NCBI GenBank assembly: GCA_036172245.1
Contig: JAYWIR010000004.1
Location: 6,696,001-6,757,037 of the forward strand
Direction of reading: 5' to 3'
DNA from: Raillietiella orientalis
Taxonomy: Eukaryota
Length of the DNA stretch: 61,037 nt
Every line of letters begins with the position of its first letter. The stretch's first letter is position 1. The notes beneath the pieces are model-generated. The model did not search any database and was not told the DNA's origin. It saw only the letters and a list, made by a program, of their open reading frames with translations. This document shows, one piece after another, positions 26,420 to 39,491 of the stretch. Both the position numbers and the translations under genes were made by a program.

Positions 26420-29166
26420 TGCACCGAAAATTTGTTTGTTCGATCATGCGTGTTTTCTTGCGAGCAGGTGCCAACTTTTGCAGCCAAACTTTGCAGGATG
26501 TGGCATAGACATAACTCTGTGAAGCTACACCACTTGCACCTAGCTTGCGACCTTTTTTTGCCTTTCTCCTGCTGGCGCAAACCAGCGAACTCGTGATCAG
26601 CTGATCGCAGCGCGCGTCCATGAAGAATACGAGAATGGCCGCACCGTGTGCACCACGTGCTTCGCTCTTCCAGCTTCAGGAGGCGAATCCATGAACGAAC
26701 GGAAAGATTCCATCCAAAACGTCGCGGCACCGCAACACGCGGCAAAAAACGGATTGCCAAAGCGTGAAAAATTGGTCATCGAAATGAATTCAAGCACAAG
26801 GGGAAACTTTTACATTCGAAAGAAAACGATATCTGCGCAAACACGATCCTTTCCGAACCACGGATGCATGCCTATCATCCTGGAGCACGCATGTGCGTTT
26901 ATCGGCTACTCGAAATAGATGATGGGTCGTGTATATTTGGATTCGCAAAGTAAGCAATGGCGGCATTCCGGCTAGAAAGTCACAGAGCATGCTGGAAAGT
27001 GCGTTTCGAAAGCGTGCTCGGTTTTCGTGTTTCATTTACGATTTCCACTGCCTAGCACTCGATCAACATTCCTTCCCTATGCAGGGCGACAAACAGACAA
27101 GAATGTAAGGGTTTCCAAGTTCGAGCACGTCATCTGGTTGAAGAAGGAGGGCTGCGCTAGGCGTGGCACTTCCACGTCGTTATCCGTTGCTCCAAGGGTG
27201 CCATATCGGGTTGTGCCACGCGTGGTGTGGTGAAAGAAAACACCGCGCGATGCCCAGATGACTGAGCGGATCTTTCCAGGGCCTGAAGGCTTGATTCGGT
27301 GCCTGCTCAATCCCGAACGTCTCAGCAGGCTGACGTGTCGGGATGCCCGATGTCGAAAGCGGTAGAAGGAGACGGAGCTGCTGGCGCGTTGGTCCAAGTG
27401 CTCGCCGGCGGCGTGGAGGATTCCGTCGGGACGGATGTCCCAACCACCTCACGCAGGGAATACAATCTTGGTGTGCAGACGAGGAAAGAATCAATCGCCT
27501 GGCAAGCAGAACCATTCCTTCAGGGGTTCGTTTGCTGATATCCTTGCTGCCGCTTCAACAAAACGCACAATACTTTGCATGCAATACTCGAACGATTGGT
27601 TTCTTCCGCACCAGGCGGCAAAGCTGCCATGAGCTGCTTGCTTCCCTGAAAAACGCTCTTCAAGGAACGTGCGAACTTTGCACCGAACCAAACCAATGAA
27701 TGGCGCTACCAGCAAGTAAACCACATGTCTTTCTTCAATCTTTAATGTCGACCATGATGTCGATTGCTTATCCAGATCTTATCCGTATGCTACCAGTCAA
27801 TGGGCAAACCTTTTATTAGCTATCGATAAGCAATCCGGATCATATGCAAAATGAAGTCTGGGAATCGGGAAGGATTCACTCTGGTCATCAGCATCCTTCC
27901 TTGCTACTCGGTGAAGCTTTCACATTATCTTTTCATTCCCTTCCATCTTCACTCGATTACTATGAGACCGGCCGAGCCTGCCGTCTATGGCCCCCCAAAT
28001 CCACAAAGTAAGGCATCCGGTGAAGCTTCTTATCATTACATGGTCGTGTGTAAGCTGCTTTCACATTTGCAGCCAGCCTTGCCACGGAATGCATCCCTGG
28101 CCAGCTACACAGCCTCGTCAAAGAATTCCGGATCCTTTCTTAACAAGCAGCAACGCTCCATCCTATCCACAACCTATCCAACTAATGATGTATCAGTGGC
28201 TGTTGGATTGCAAATCACAAATGCGGATGGTAGTCGAGGTTGCTTTCATCTTTTCCACATCAAATACTGCACAACAAAATGTCCGATTAGCAGGTGTACA
28301 AGCATTGCTTCAAGCGCAGATGAGGCTGCAGTTCCCACAGAAAACGATAACATTTCTTAGCACGAGAATTCCGACCGAACCAAAAAGAGAAATCGATGCG
28401 CTGGCTGAGGTGGCCAGCTGGCAGGCTACCTGGAAAAACACTTGAAAAGAACGCCTCCTTGCTGTGAACATCAAATTGCTACACACAATTACTACAACAG
28501 GTAGCTATTCTTCCTCAGAATCATGCGCTCTGCTAGTTCGCCATCTCTAATGCTGTCCGCTGCTTGGCTAGCAAGCTGCAAATGGGTGATGGCGTCATTC
28601 CTACAGACCACACACTTCATACGGGAAACTTGTGCGCCTTACTTTGCTGGTCGGGGTATGACGCAAGTTTTTTCTTTACCAAACACAGAAATACGTAGCG
28701 CACAATCTGGAGAATCTCACGGTTTGTACCAATTAGCATTTGGCTCAGAACACCCCCAAAATGCCCTTTACGGCACACAAGTCAACATGGCAGCCTTGCA
28801 GCACATTATTTCCTAATTCACCTTTCTTACCTTGATTTTCTCAACTCGAGGATGGGAAAAGCGCAGGTCATAGCAATGCTTGGCCAGGTTTGCGATGCCC
28901 GTGATCATTGCATACGCAAATAAGACGTATGTGGTTCAGCTTGATCAGCTGAATCGCTACAGCTATGACTGCCAGCATCTTCGTCCATCACACCATCATT
29001 TTCATGCATGATGATAGCAAGATAACAGTTGGGGTTTGACTTCCATTGCAAAACATGGTTGCAGGGAACGTGTGCTACTTCTGCTTCCAAGAGATGCTTT
29101 GACCTTGCCTCTCAAGCATTCAGCCCGAGCAGCAGTGGTTTTCCCTGTGGAGAACAGCACGATAGT
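26420..29166 (+). repeat. Module A, left copy (inverted duplicate of 52329-55068)
   Basis: Near-identical reverse complement; identical ORFs appear on opposite strands (27851..28360 + and 53133..53642 -). Confidence 0.97.
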
Positions 29167-30600
29167 ACGCTAGCTGGAAGGCTTATCAACTTATGCCTGC
29201 AGGTCCAGATAATAAGGCCGCTTCACCACTTCTTGCAACTACATCTAAAAACAAAATTTGAATGCGAATGTAACAAAAATCAGCTTGCGGACTACTTACT
29301 TGCACAGACGAGATTTCGCCCATGATCTCTAGTCTCATGCCAATTTTGAAGCTATTTGCAAAGCTTATTAGCATAACTCTGAGCACCCTGCTTGTTCCTG
29401 GTAGGCCCATAGTTGGTCACCCACACTGCACGATTGAACTTGTCAAATTCTGTTTTCACATTGCTAACAATATTGGCATCTTCCTGGAACGATACTTGCT
29501 TTTTTCTTGAGGATGACCTGCAGGGCACACCACAGTTTCGTGTTTCCTAGCGCCTGTTTTAGATTGTGGGGATTCGCGGTATCTTTGCGGCAGTTGAGGA
29601 GTGATCAGTTGAGATGCAACAATGATTTGAGGCCGCACCACATTGCATTTGTCTATTCTGAATCATTTCTAACAAATCATCTTCTTCAATCATCTCAATA
29701 TTCATATCCTTGTCTTGGAAACGTTGAGCAGATTGAATCCTTTGTTGTCTAAACTTACATTGGCGATCCTCGATTCTCCTGCATTCTAACCACACACCAA
29801 GAAGGTAGTTTTCAGCTCACAGAATGACACACACGACCCCCAAACCTACCAAATCACATCTTCTGCTGTTTCTCTTTCCATGAAATCAAGAACGTGGTCG
29901 TAGGTGTTGCTCTTTTTTGATAGTATGGAAAGCAGTTTCTGCAATGCAAAAGATAAATCACTCTTTGAGCAATAAACCTGCAAATGAAGTTCATTTCCGT
30001 AGAAAACTCCTTTAGATTCAAGTGCAAATTACCGGTTCTCTCCTTGTCGCTAAAACAGAAATGCTCGGTTGCGAATCAGGCGATTAGGACCACTAACTAA
30101 ACAGAGCTGCAATTTGTGCCCAAACCTTGGTATACGTTGAAAGTATATGTCGTCACGGAAAGATAAAGAGAGTTGCTCAGCATGTATTCTTTCTTTCTGA
30201 TACGGAAAGCAATGTTTCTAGTACGGAGAAGATACGCTCATTCTTGTAAGAAGGGTAAGTACGCCCTTATTTTCGAGATATTCACCTTTGTATTTAATGG
30301 AATGTCACAGGTTTTTTTGCTAACACGTGCTTCAAATATCCGGGCAACAACCGTCGCTCCCGCTTTCCCATCCGAAATAACTACTATGGAAGTAGTTCCA
30401 TAGACATCGAATCTCTTGGTTCAGTTTGATCACGTTCGTTTTCCGGATGTATCAAGAGGACTGGGAAGATATGGGGATATTTTGTTGAAATGGAAAGCAG
30501 TGTATCAAACATATAGAAAAAATGATTTCCTGATGAAGAATGCGGAAATCGAACGGTTTTCCTTTGCGTTCCCCTTGGAACCTAAGTTTCAGACAAAGGG

Positions 30601-31626
30601 ATTCTCTACAGGGTTGAAGAACAAATCCCTCGTAACGAATCCTCGGTTGAAGTGCTTATCCTAAACGAAGCCTGTTCCCCTGACTTGGCATTTTGTTGTT
30701 TACATTGAGGACGATCACTATCCAGTACATGAAATGGAGACTGCAGTTTTTGTTCTTTGTGTAACCAAGGAAACCATTTTCCGGAATCCTGATTTAAAAT
30801 GATTCTTTGAGCTTGATGCTGAATTCAGTGGGATTCACCTTTGGACAAAAAATGGAAATCACCTGTCATCTCTCTTTTTATGGTGATCAAATCGTCACAA
30901 ACGACTCCAGCGATGAACACCACCTCCCAAATCATGCTTCAGGCAGTGAACACTTATCTCATGGTTTACATTCAAGCCCATCTCATTCTAGATACATGCA
31001 GTGTGTGCGGTAGTTTGCGTCGTTTTCTGGTGGAATGCAAAAGGATCTTTCATATACAAGGTAGGATTCGTTCATTCACTACATCTTGGATTAAACCAAC
31101 ATTGATGCTGTATTCCTCCTTGAATTTAAATCTATTTCACGGGTTGTGATCTATTTAAGTAGCCAAAAATCCTAAATCAGCTCCGCTGCATTGGATTCTT
31201 TATTCCAAATAATGCCCTCTCCACTGAATTCGAATCCCTTAATTCTGTTTGAAGACGATCACGTTCTAGAAGACCGAAGAGGAGGGAATAGATTTTCGTC
31301 TATCTAGTTTCTATGCAGACGGGTGTCTAAAATGCAGAGAAGATGAATTCTTTGAGGAATATCCTCGAAACGAAGATGATTTCCATGGCTTTTATAGTTC
31401 TATGGATTTGCAACTCACCAGTCTTCTCTCTTTCGTTCAAAACAAACTGTTGCAAAAAAACGTGCATTCACCGCATTCTCTACAGGGTTGAAGAACAAAT
31501 CACTCGTAACGAATCCTCGGTTGAAGTGCTTATCCTAAACGACGCCTGTTCTTCTGACTTGGAATTTTGTTGTTTACATTGAGGACGATCACCTTCCAGT
31601 ACATGAAATGGTCTGCAGTTTCTGTT
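30601..31626 (+). repeat. About 150-bp direct repeat (30601-30753 and 31475-31626)
   Basis: ATTCTCTACAGGGTTGAAGAACAAATC...CCAGTACATGAAATGG occurs twice with a few substitutions. Confidence 0.92.
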
Positions 31627-31635
31627 AGGAAACCA

Positions 31636-32616
31636 ACCATCGCCTGCTTCCCTAACGCAGAGGACGATCGTGCCCGCTCGCCATAGGCGGACATCGCGCA
31701 GTCGGCGGTGCACCCTGCTCGCATCGTCTGGCAACCAGACGCCCATGAACGCGACCAGCGGAATTGCTCCGGTCCGAGTTTGCGATTCGTCAACAAGCGC
31801 CGTCCCGATGATCATGCAAGAAGTAGTAGCCCACGGAAAGTAAACGGCGAGCCTCCATTCTGGTAGGAAACTTCGGAGCACGATGGCGTGCGCAACGGTG
31901 CATCCCGATTTTCCAGTTCATCCGCGTCATCGCTTCCTGCAAACGGGAGGAAAATCGCCATCTCAATCCACTCGTACGTTCTTCATAACACTCGAATGCG
32001 GTGAAGCTGAAAAGCGTTGTGTGGTTAGCGTAAACGGTGTGTGGTTCAAAGCATCACACAACTGCTTCAGTACCGTGGACTCGAAAGGTTTTCCAATGGT
32101 ACCGTAGAGAGCAGTTCGAGGAAAGATCGCTGGTACAGCTGTACCACGCTGGTACGGCGGACTCAGGGAAACAATAACACAAGACCTCTGAAGAGTCCAC
32201 AGATTACGATCTCTGTGGTGCGGTATGGCTAAACAGACGAGACACCTCTGCTGTGCAGGCGAGCTGACGATTCGTCCTAAGCACTTGTGGGCCATCCAAC
32301 TGTCTTTGTCTTGTTCTCCTACTTCGCCAAGAGATTTGCTACCGAGCAGGACTTGACTCCGTTATAAAGGAGCCTGCTGCAAAACAGAAGTGCAAGAAGA
32401 GTGCCCACAGGACCTCGGTTGACGAGAATCCTGAAGTATCACAACGAGAACTGATTCGGAATCTCCGAAGAAACCCCACGAGTTTGCTTGCGATGTTTGC
32501 TTCCCGAAATACAAGCGTACGAAACGCACGTTCCATTCATCGGCGCCCGTCTTTCACAGCAAACGTGGTGCCTGGTCCCCGGCAGCGTACCCTTTGCATA
32601 GTTCCAATCCCCCGAT
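31636..32616 (+). repeat. Module B, left copy (inverted duplicate of 51315-52292)
   Basis: Near-identical reverse complement; the MERAFRTL.. and MAHKCLG.. ORFs are mirrored. Confidence 0.97.
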
Positions 32617-34488
32617 GCTTGCGGCTGACTGTTTTCGCGGATTGAGAATCTGGATGCATAGAAGACATTTTATTTCCGTCAATTACAGATGAGGGTTCGA
32701 AGTCCTTGTAGGGTGACGACCAGCTGGCAAGAATTCGGAAAAGAAGGGCGATGGATAACGGCATTCCGACGGTCAAGCCACTCGAGAAAGGAAGAGTTCC
32801 CGAATCCTGGAGGAAATCCATCTTCCTGTTCTCCTGTCCACGACTTGTCCGTCGGTGGCATCGGCGAGGATGGAGCCTCCTCGTGTTGGCGCGGCATGGG
32901 CGGAAGCGCCCCCCCCGAGACGCTTCCGTGCACGCGCAGCGAATTTGCCGCTTTTGCCGGGCGATGAGCCGTCCATCAGGACACGCAGTGTGTGGGAGTG
33001 TCCTGCACGGGGAAAAACGGCTGTTTGTCGGGACGTTGCCTTGGGAGGCCGGTTCCCACGCACCTGATCCAGGCGCCACAGGCCTGTTGGATGCGAGCTG
33101 GCCGCATGCCACGACACGGAGGCCGCGGCTGTCGGTGGAAAGGCAGCCAGGTGCGTGGCCATCGAAGAGGAAGCTCGCTACGAAGGTGCCCTGGTGAAGG
33201 CCGAGGCTCGATTACGCCACGCCCTCGAGGGCGGGCACGGAAGATGAACGGAGCAGACCGTAGACGGCAGCAGCAGGAGCAGGAGCAGCAAGTGAGGTCG
33301 GCAGGAGCTGATCTGACCGCCGGAAATTTGCCGAGGTCTGCTGCTGCCCCTCGTGCTCGACCGCACCTCAGGTGAACGTACACGATGCCTTGCTGTCAAA
33401 GGGGGCGGCTGTGAAGCAGCTAGCTGTGCGCAGACCGACTTACCTGATCTGCCGTGAGGGAGCACGTCGTAAGCTTCCCCGAACACGCTGGGCGCAGTTG
33501 CGACGCCTCGCACGCTTTCGGCTGGCTCTGGCAACGAGCTGCCTGCCGTCAACTTTGACCCGCCCCAGCACACTCACCTCCAAGAGCAGGGGGAAGCCGA
33601 GTGCGGCGCCAACCAGCGCGCACCGGTGAGTCGGGTGCTGGATCGTCGCTGCGGCGACTGGGTGGCACCACGTCGGTGGCGCGTGGTGGTTGGCGTTTTG
33701 GTGTGGCCTGCGGGGCGTTCGCCGAGCCGGCCAAGCGGTAGGTGGGCTCGCGCTTTCCGCTGCGTTTCGAGCGTTGAACGCCCGATCGACGCTGTGCGTC
33801 GCAAGCGCTGGCTGCGGAAGCCGCCGCCGCCCGCAGGCGGCGGGCTGCGCGCGCTTCGGGGTAGGGGGTGGGGTGGGCCGGTTCGCGCTGGCGACAAGGA
33901 GGTGCGGGTGGACGAACCCGAGGCAGCGACGAACGAGATGGCAGCGAGCGAGCGCAACAAGTAACGCTCACGCACTCGCGAGCACGCAAGCGAAGACAGG
34001 CAGGCGACGCAGGTCAGCAGCGAAACGCTGTTGCTACCTACACCTCTTCGAAGAGGTACCGGATGTCCTGCAGGATGTCCTCCTCCTTGTCTATCCAACA
34101 GCCGGTCAGCTGAACGGTAGTCATGCCGGAGAGAACGATTCTCTCGGTGCAGGGGGAGTTGGGAGGGGGCGGGGGCGATTGCCGACGGCGTTTCTGGCGC
34201 AAGCAAGGGCAGATCAGTCCTAGGATGCGGAGCAAGGAAGGCATGGCGCGTCCAAGCTGCAAAATCCGAATGAAAGTGTCGGAAGAATGGTCGTCACCGT
34301 GGAGACGATACCTGGCCGGGGGACCGCTTCCACCACGCGTGCGCGCGTGGTGGAAGCGGGTGGCCATGCGCGGAAGGAAGGGTGCGCAACTCAGCCAGCC
34401 AGGCGCAAGCGATGGTGAGCAGCTCGACTTGCAGCTGCGCGCGGAACGAGTGAAAGCAGCCGGCGTGCCACTCCTGCGCGGGCATCCC
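32330..34488 (-). mobile_element. Degenerate Ty3/Gypsy pol remnant (RT, RNase H, integrase) spanning modules C and B
   Basis: Ordered weak motifs: LTGCWIDKEEDIL (YxDD region), SVFGEAYDVLPHGR (RNase H), RRLHP..KMDFL, FEPSSVIDGN, and ERAFRTL..FLRRFR..TSGFSSTEVL (integrase ER..TGxSPxELL). Confidence 0.5.
32736..34488 (+). repeat. Module C, left copy (inverted duplicate of 59147-60856)
   Basis: Near-identical reverse complement; the right copy lacks left positions 32928-32974. Confidence 0.96.
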
Positions 34489-34749
34489 CTTTAGCGCACT
34501 GAGCTATGTCGTCTGCAGCACCAGCCAAGATACGGGAATTCGTGCTGGAAAGACGAGTCCCTTTTTTTCCGTCAGAACGAGGTTGCGAGGTGGTGCGTTG
34601 CAGGCGCGAGGGCGAGGTGGGCGTAGTGTGACTGGCTCAGTTTTTCTGTTTCTCGCAGCTGCTACGAGCGCGGGCCACCGAGGTGCACCGTGGCTTCTTT
34701 GGAGCGACCACAGTACCAGCGGGTACGCAGCATGCAGGCATCCCTGATT

Positions 34750-37500
34750 GGCTACGTTCCTGAATGCGTGCGACGAGAGATCCTGCGGTTGGGCATGGGA
34801 CGTGAAAGATGCAGCTTAGCAATCGAATGCCCCTTCGAACAGCTGCTGAAACTACATTCCTTGGATGCCATCGAACGGACCGGTACCATCACGCCAGACA
34901 TGCGGTGCTCCGCCCACTTCCATTTCGGACGGGATCGGCGGAGCGATGATTTCCTGGTTCGAGTAGGGAGAGTCCACGAAGCGCTGGAGGAATCTTGGAC
35001 TTGCAAAATCGACATTTTGAGTGATAAGAAATTCATTATGGGGGGAAGGACGTAAATCATCAGGAACTTAGGAGAGGTTAGATTTATTTGGCCGAGAGAT
35101 CATGGAGCTGAACTGAGGTTTTGGTCACTTGAGGATCGAAAAGAATGTGATGGAGGAAGGAAGTTTTTCAGGGGAGCCTCGGTGCAAACAGGGTCAATTC
35201 CTTGATTTCTGAATCACGGAAGAGCAGCAATTCTGAGTAGGAGAGAGGCAGTTCCCCCCTATTTTTCTAGGTACCGAAAGTAGGATGGTGTAGACAAAGG
35301 GAAACTATCCGTTCTGGATGCGTGGGGCTGGGAATAACGAGTGGGTTCCTTCCGATGCGAGTCCGTAAGCAAGAAAAGCGAAAAGGAGTGGAAGGGACAG
35401 TGGAAGGCTGGCCAAATCTTTGTAAAGGCCAAATCTTGGTAAAGAATGGTCGGAAAAGTCAAATGTGTCAGATGCTTTGCCAGAGGGGTGATTGAAAGTT
35501 TTGCGGTGCAATCCACTCATCATAAGATTGAGCAGAAAGGAATCGGCTAAGGTGGGGTCGGAAACGAAAAAGATTTGTTTCGGTTTATAAGCCTTTCAGG
35601 GAATTCATGTGTGTAAACAGAATGTTTTGCGGAAATAGAATGCTTGGCCTTTCTTGAGTAACCTGGAATGAGTAGGCACAGATTTCCTAGATTAATCATT
35701 TACCTTTGGAGATGTCAGCTGCTGATGAGGGCTACAGGCAGAGTTCCTCCATAGGAGTCTCTCTCTCACGGACCATCTCAGATAGAAGGCGTTTCAGACA
35801 ACCACGGTGAGGCAACGGCTACTCACGAATGGAGAGGAATCACGAACCTCCCATCGTCTGAAACGAGTACGACACCTGACTGTGAAAGTGGAGCAGTTTG
35901 CAAGGGTTCGCAGGAGGTGGGTCAGCACGCAGTTTCCAAGAAACCGGAATCTCAAGTTGAAAAGTGACTCCGTGCGACCCGCCCAATGGTCAGTATGCAA
36001 GAAATATGCTGCTGCAAGCCATGTGAACTGGTGGCAGCACTAGAACGGCTAGGAGTTTGCATCGGGCTCAGACGATAGGCGCATCTTCGAAACGTTCCCG
36101 TAAGTTCGGTATATGTTCCGATCAAGTATGCTCCAGACAAAAAAATACTCGTGAGGGTTCACCACCCAGACTTTACTCTTGCCCATTCTGGCGCCTCCCC
36201 ATGGGAAACGCTGCTCCGCGCTTCCTCCTCGACGCAAAATGGACGAAGCCACCCAGTCACATGAAACTCGTTGAGAAGGAAATGGAAACCGCAAACGCCA
36301 GCAGAGGGGCAACTCCGAGCTATGGAAGCGGCAAACAGACGGCGCACAAACCTTCCTCTACGGTCGCTAGTTCGAAATTCGCTGACGTAATGCTAGGCCC
36401 TCGATGAATCCCGACTCCGCGAACACGGCAGCGACACCAAACAGAGAGTGGCCGCAAGCAGCAGCAGCGTCTCTCTTGTCCTATTCGAGGCAGCGAGCGG
36501 GCTTTCAAACTTTTTACCAGCTTCTGCATTCTGCAATCGCTGCTCGCCATGCCCCGCATCATGAGGTAACCATGCGGAGCGCGCTCGCGGCACCATCGCC
36601 ACCTTCCTCGTTTCACTGCCTACTGAGGCAGGCGCGCGCACCTCCAAACAGGTGCGTCCGCACTGGAAGATGTCATCTGCATGCGGCGCGCCGGGGAACG
36701 AGAAAACACACACAAAAAAGGAAGAGGGAAGAGAAAAAAAAAAGAAAGAAGAAGAAAGAGGGCTACAAAAAGAGGCAAGGACGGACACGCGTTCTGCTAG
36801 GGGAGCTCAGCGTGTCCACTTGTCCCGATCCACCTTGATGTTTGCGCTGTTCGTGGAAGGTGGTTGCCGTGGAGAATCAGGACCTGGTCAGACTTGCTTA
36901 GGCAGCAGCAAGGAAGAAGGCCAAGGTGATAGTCCGGGCTGGGATGGGGAGACAGGGGCAGGAGGTAGGGAAGAAAAAGTGTCGCACGCGGAGGCCGGCG
37001 GAAGGGCGCGCCCACCACGCGTCCATTCAAACAGCGACCCCGCCGCAGAACGCGCGCTCGCTGGAGTTCGTGGGTGTTTTTATGGCGCGCCATCGAGGGG
37101 AACGCCGCGTTGTGGAATCATTGCGCGTCTCCCGTGGTAAAGCGATTCGATGTGTGGCAGTGGAGGCTCCTGTGCGCGCCCGCCCGGCCAAGGGTTGGCG
37201 GGCGATGGCAGTTCGCGACGGATCCGCTACGAGCGCGTCCATCGCCTTCGGGAGAGCTTGGAGGGAGGAGGCGAAGACGGCGAAACTTCCGCGAAGTCGT
37301 CGTTCGTAGTCATTACCGCCTTTCCCAGAAGCCAAAGGAAAACCCGAGTTGGTGGGAACCTACAAGAGCTTTGCTTCCTCCGGAAAGAGGGAGGACATCC
37401 ACGGAGTGGAAAGGGGGGAGGGAGACTCGACCCGTCCCCTCCCCTTCCCGCCATCAAAGGAAGGAAGGAGGGGGCGATTTCATCAGTTAAGCGAGTTTGA
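34750..37500 (-). mobile_element. Degenerate DIRS-like element (RT, RNase H, tyrosine recombinase)
   Basis: Ordered minus-strand remnants: LSKSDQVLILHG (RT end), VASSILRRGG..NVSKMRLSS (RNase H), PTLADSFLLNLMMSGLHR, LLFAFLAYGLASE, VCTEAPLKNFL..SFR, VRSMAS (recombinase-like). Many stops. Confidence 0.45.
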
Positions 37501-37839
37501 CGTATGTACACGTTTTGCAAAGGCGCCGCTGTGGTGCGTTTGACGGATGTACACGCAGCATGAAAAAAAAACAAAAATTCCGCCTTGCTATCAAAATTCG
37601 AAATTGAATTAAAAAGTTAAAGCAATCTCGTTTGTTTGTGTGTTTTACTTATATTCAGATCGGGACTGCAATGTGCAATGACCTTGATTTTTCATCCGAA
37701 CAGTTTTGAAGTGATGTAACGTATGCCAAGCAAACGAAAAATTCTATCTTCGTTTTCTTTTTACATACTGGATTCGTTTACACGGTTTTTACATAATTGA
37801 AGCTCAAATCGAGGAAGATTTAATCATTTGGAAGATAAC

Positions 37840-38270
37840 CAACGCATGGCTTGAAGAAGCGGAATTTCTAAAATTGAGGCTGTTCGGAAAAATAGTCAAC
37901 ATAAACGCAAATTTTTATATATTCCAGAACGAGGCATTTGCGTTATGGAAGCAGTATATACGTTCTAAAAGGAGTCGTTTTGGAATGAATTGTTTTGTCT
38001 TATGCGAAATTCCATTTGGATAGATTTGGAATTGACAAAAATACAGAAGGTGGTCAAAATTATCCTCAATATAATAAGACCGCGACTCGCATCGTTCCTG
38101 AATTTTCTCATAACCTATTATGCCAGCGATATAAATTGTATTTGGATAACTGCTACACAGGTATAGAACTCGCACAGAAAATATGTAAGACAGATATTAT
38201 TCGTACAATGGGACAGCAAAGACTAGGTGTTCCTGAAGACATCATAGCCAAGTGTACACGTCTCATCGGA
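37840..38270 (+). mobile_element. piggyBac (PGBD4-like) transposase fragment, pseudogenised
   Basis: WKQYIRSKRSRFGMNCFVLCE and YKLYLDNCYTGIELA..RLGVP match piggyBac KQYIPxKxxRFGIK and DNxYTS motifs; frameshifted, no TIRs seen. Confidence 0.82.
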
Positions 38271-39491
38271 AAACACCTTGCAAATTTATACCATCTACAC
38301 CATCAAAATCTAGTGCATCGCGAAAGTGTATCGTGTGTTGGAAAAATGGCATTTGTAAGGAAACACGATGTTGGTGCTCAAGATGTGACGTTCCACTTTG
38401 TGTCGTATCTTGTTTTTGAAAAATATCATACTGCATAATCAGACTGAATTCCCTGTGAGTGTTTTTTGTTTGTCTCCTGTGTAAAGTTTCTCATTTTGTG
38501 TAGAATAGCAAAATGTTTATGAATAGATTTTTTTTTCTTGTTTTGCGTTGATATTGACAACAGATACATTTGCTGTTTATTCGACGAATCTATTCGTTTT
38601 CGCGAATGTGAATTCACGTACTCAGAGGTAGACTTCTGAAAAAAAAAAAAAAAAAAACACAGTACTCGCTTAACAGGAGAAGAATGTTTCGGGATGCGTG
38701 TGCACTGCTGCTGGATACTGCTGAGCGTGAAGAAGTGCAGCGTTGCTGCCATCTAGTGCTGCAGGTTCGCACCAGAGCGAGCTCGACATTGTTGGAAATG
38801 TGGCATTGCTGCCAGATTTTCATCAGACTTGGTATGAAAGGGTTGGAAAGGTTTCGTTGTCTGTCATCCGGAGCTTGTTTGTGTGCGTGATGGCCCGCAA
38901 TCGAATTATCTTAATTGCAAGATTTCAACGTTTGCTGCCGGTTAGCATGCAAGTATCAATGTACGATTGCCTGAAATATGTGCATACCGGTTTCACTGGT
39001 ATGAATCTTCAACGCTTTTTGCTGATGGTGTTTGTGCTGAAGATAGGTGCGATTTTTACAGATTGCTTTTTTTTTTTTTTTTTTAAAAAAAAGAAGTGTT
39101 ATGGTGCATGGTTGCATGATTTGGTGCCGTAATTCGTGCGGTTGCTACAAAAGAGTCCGAAGAGCCATTCGGTTGGTTGCTGGGAATTTTGGCTCCTTGA
39201 TGTTTTGAAATACCAAGAAATTTATGCGCGTTCGTAAAGGTGTGTTGGTGTTGTGTCCATGTTCCCATGCGTAACTCTCATTCTTAGATTTCTGGTCTTC
39301 ATTGCTTTAGGGATCTGCGATGCGTGTGAAGAGAACAGCGAAATTTTTACGAATAATGTTTTTGTCTTTTTCCTTGAAATTTACAATAGACAAGTTTGCT
39401 GTGCGATTGACGTATATATACGTTTTCGCCAATTGTGCTTACGCACCCACGGGTACACTTGAAAAAATTAACTCGCTTAACTCCGTCTCGA

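Noticed and set aside
33889..33900. TGGCGACAAGG as a Gypsy primer-binding site
   Set aside because: Not preceded by an LTR-ending CA and no LTR pair was identified.
32537..34494. Many overlapping 100-210 aa ORFs in the GC-rich block, and likewise at 55.7-61 kb
   Set aside because: Expected from stop-codon scarcity at high GC; frames differ between the duplicate copies; better explained as decayed Gypsy sequence.
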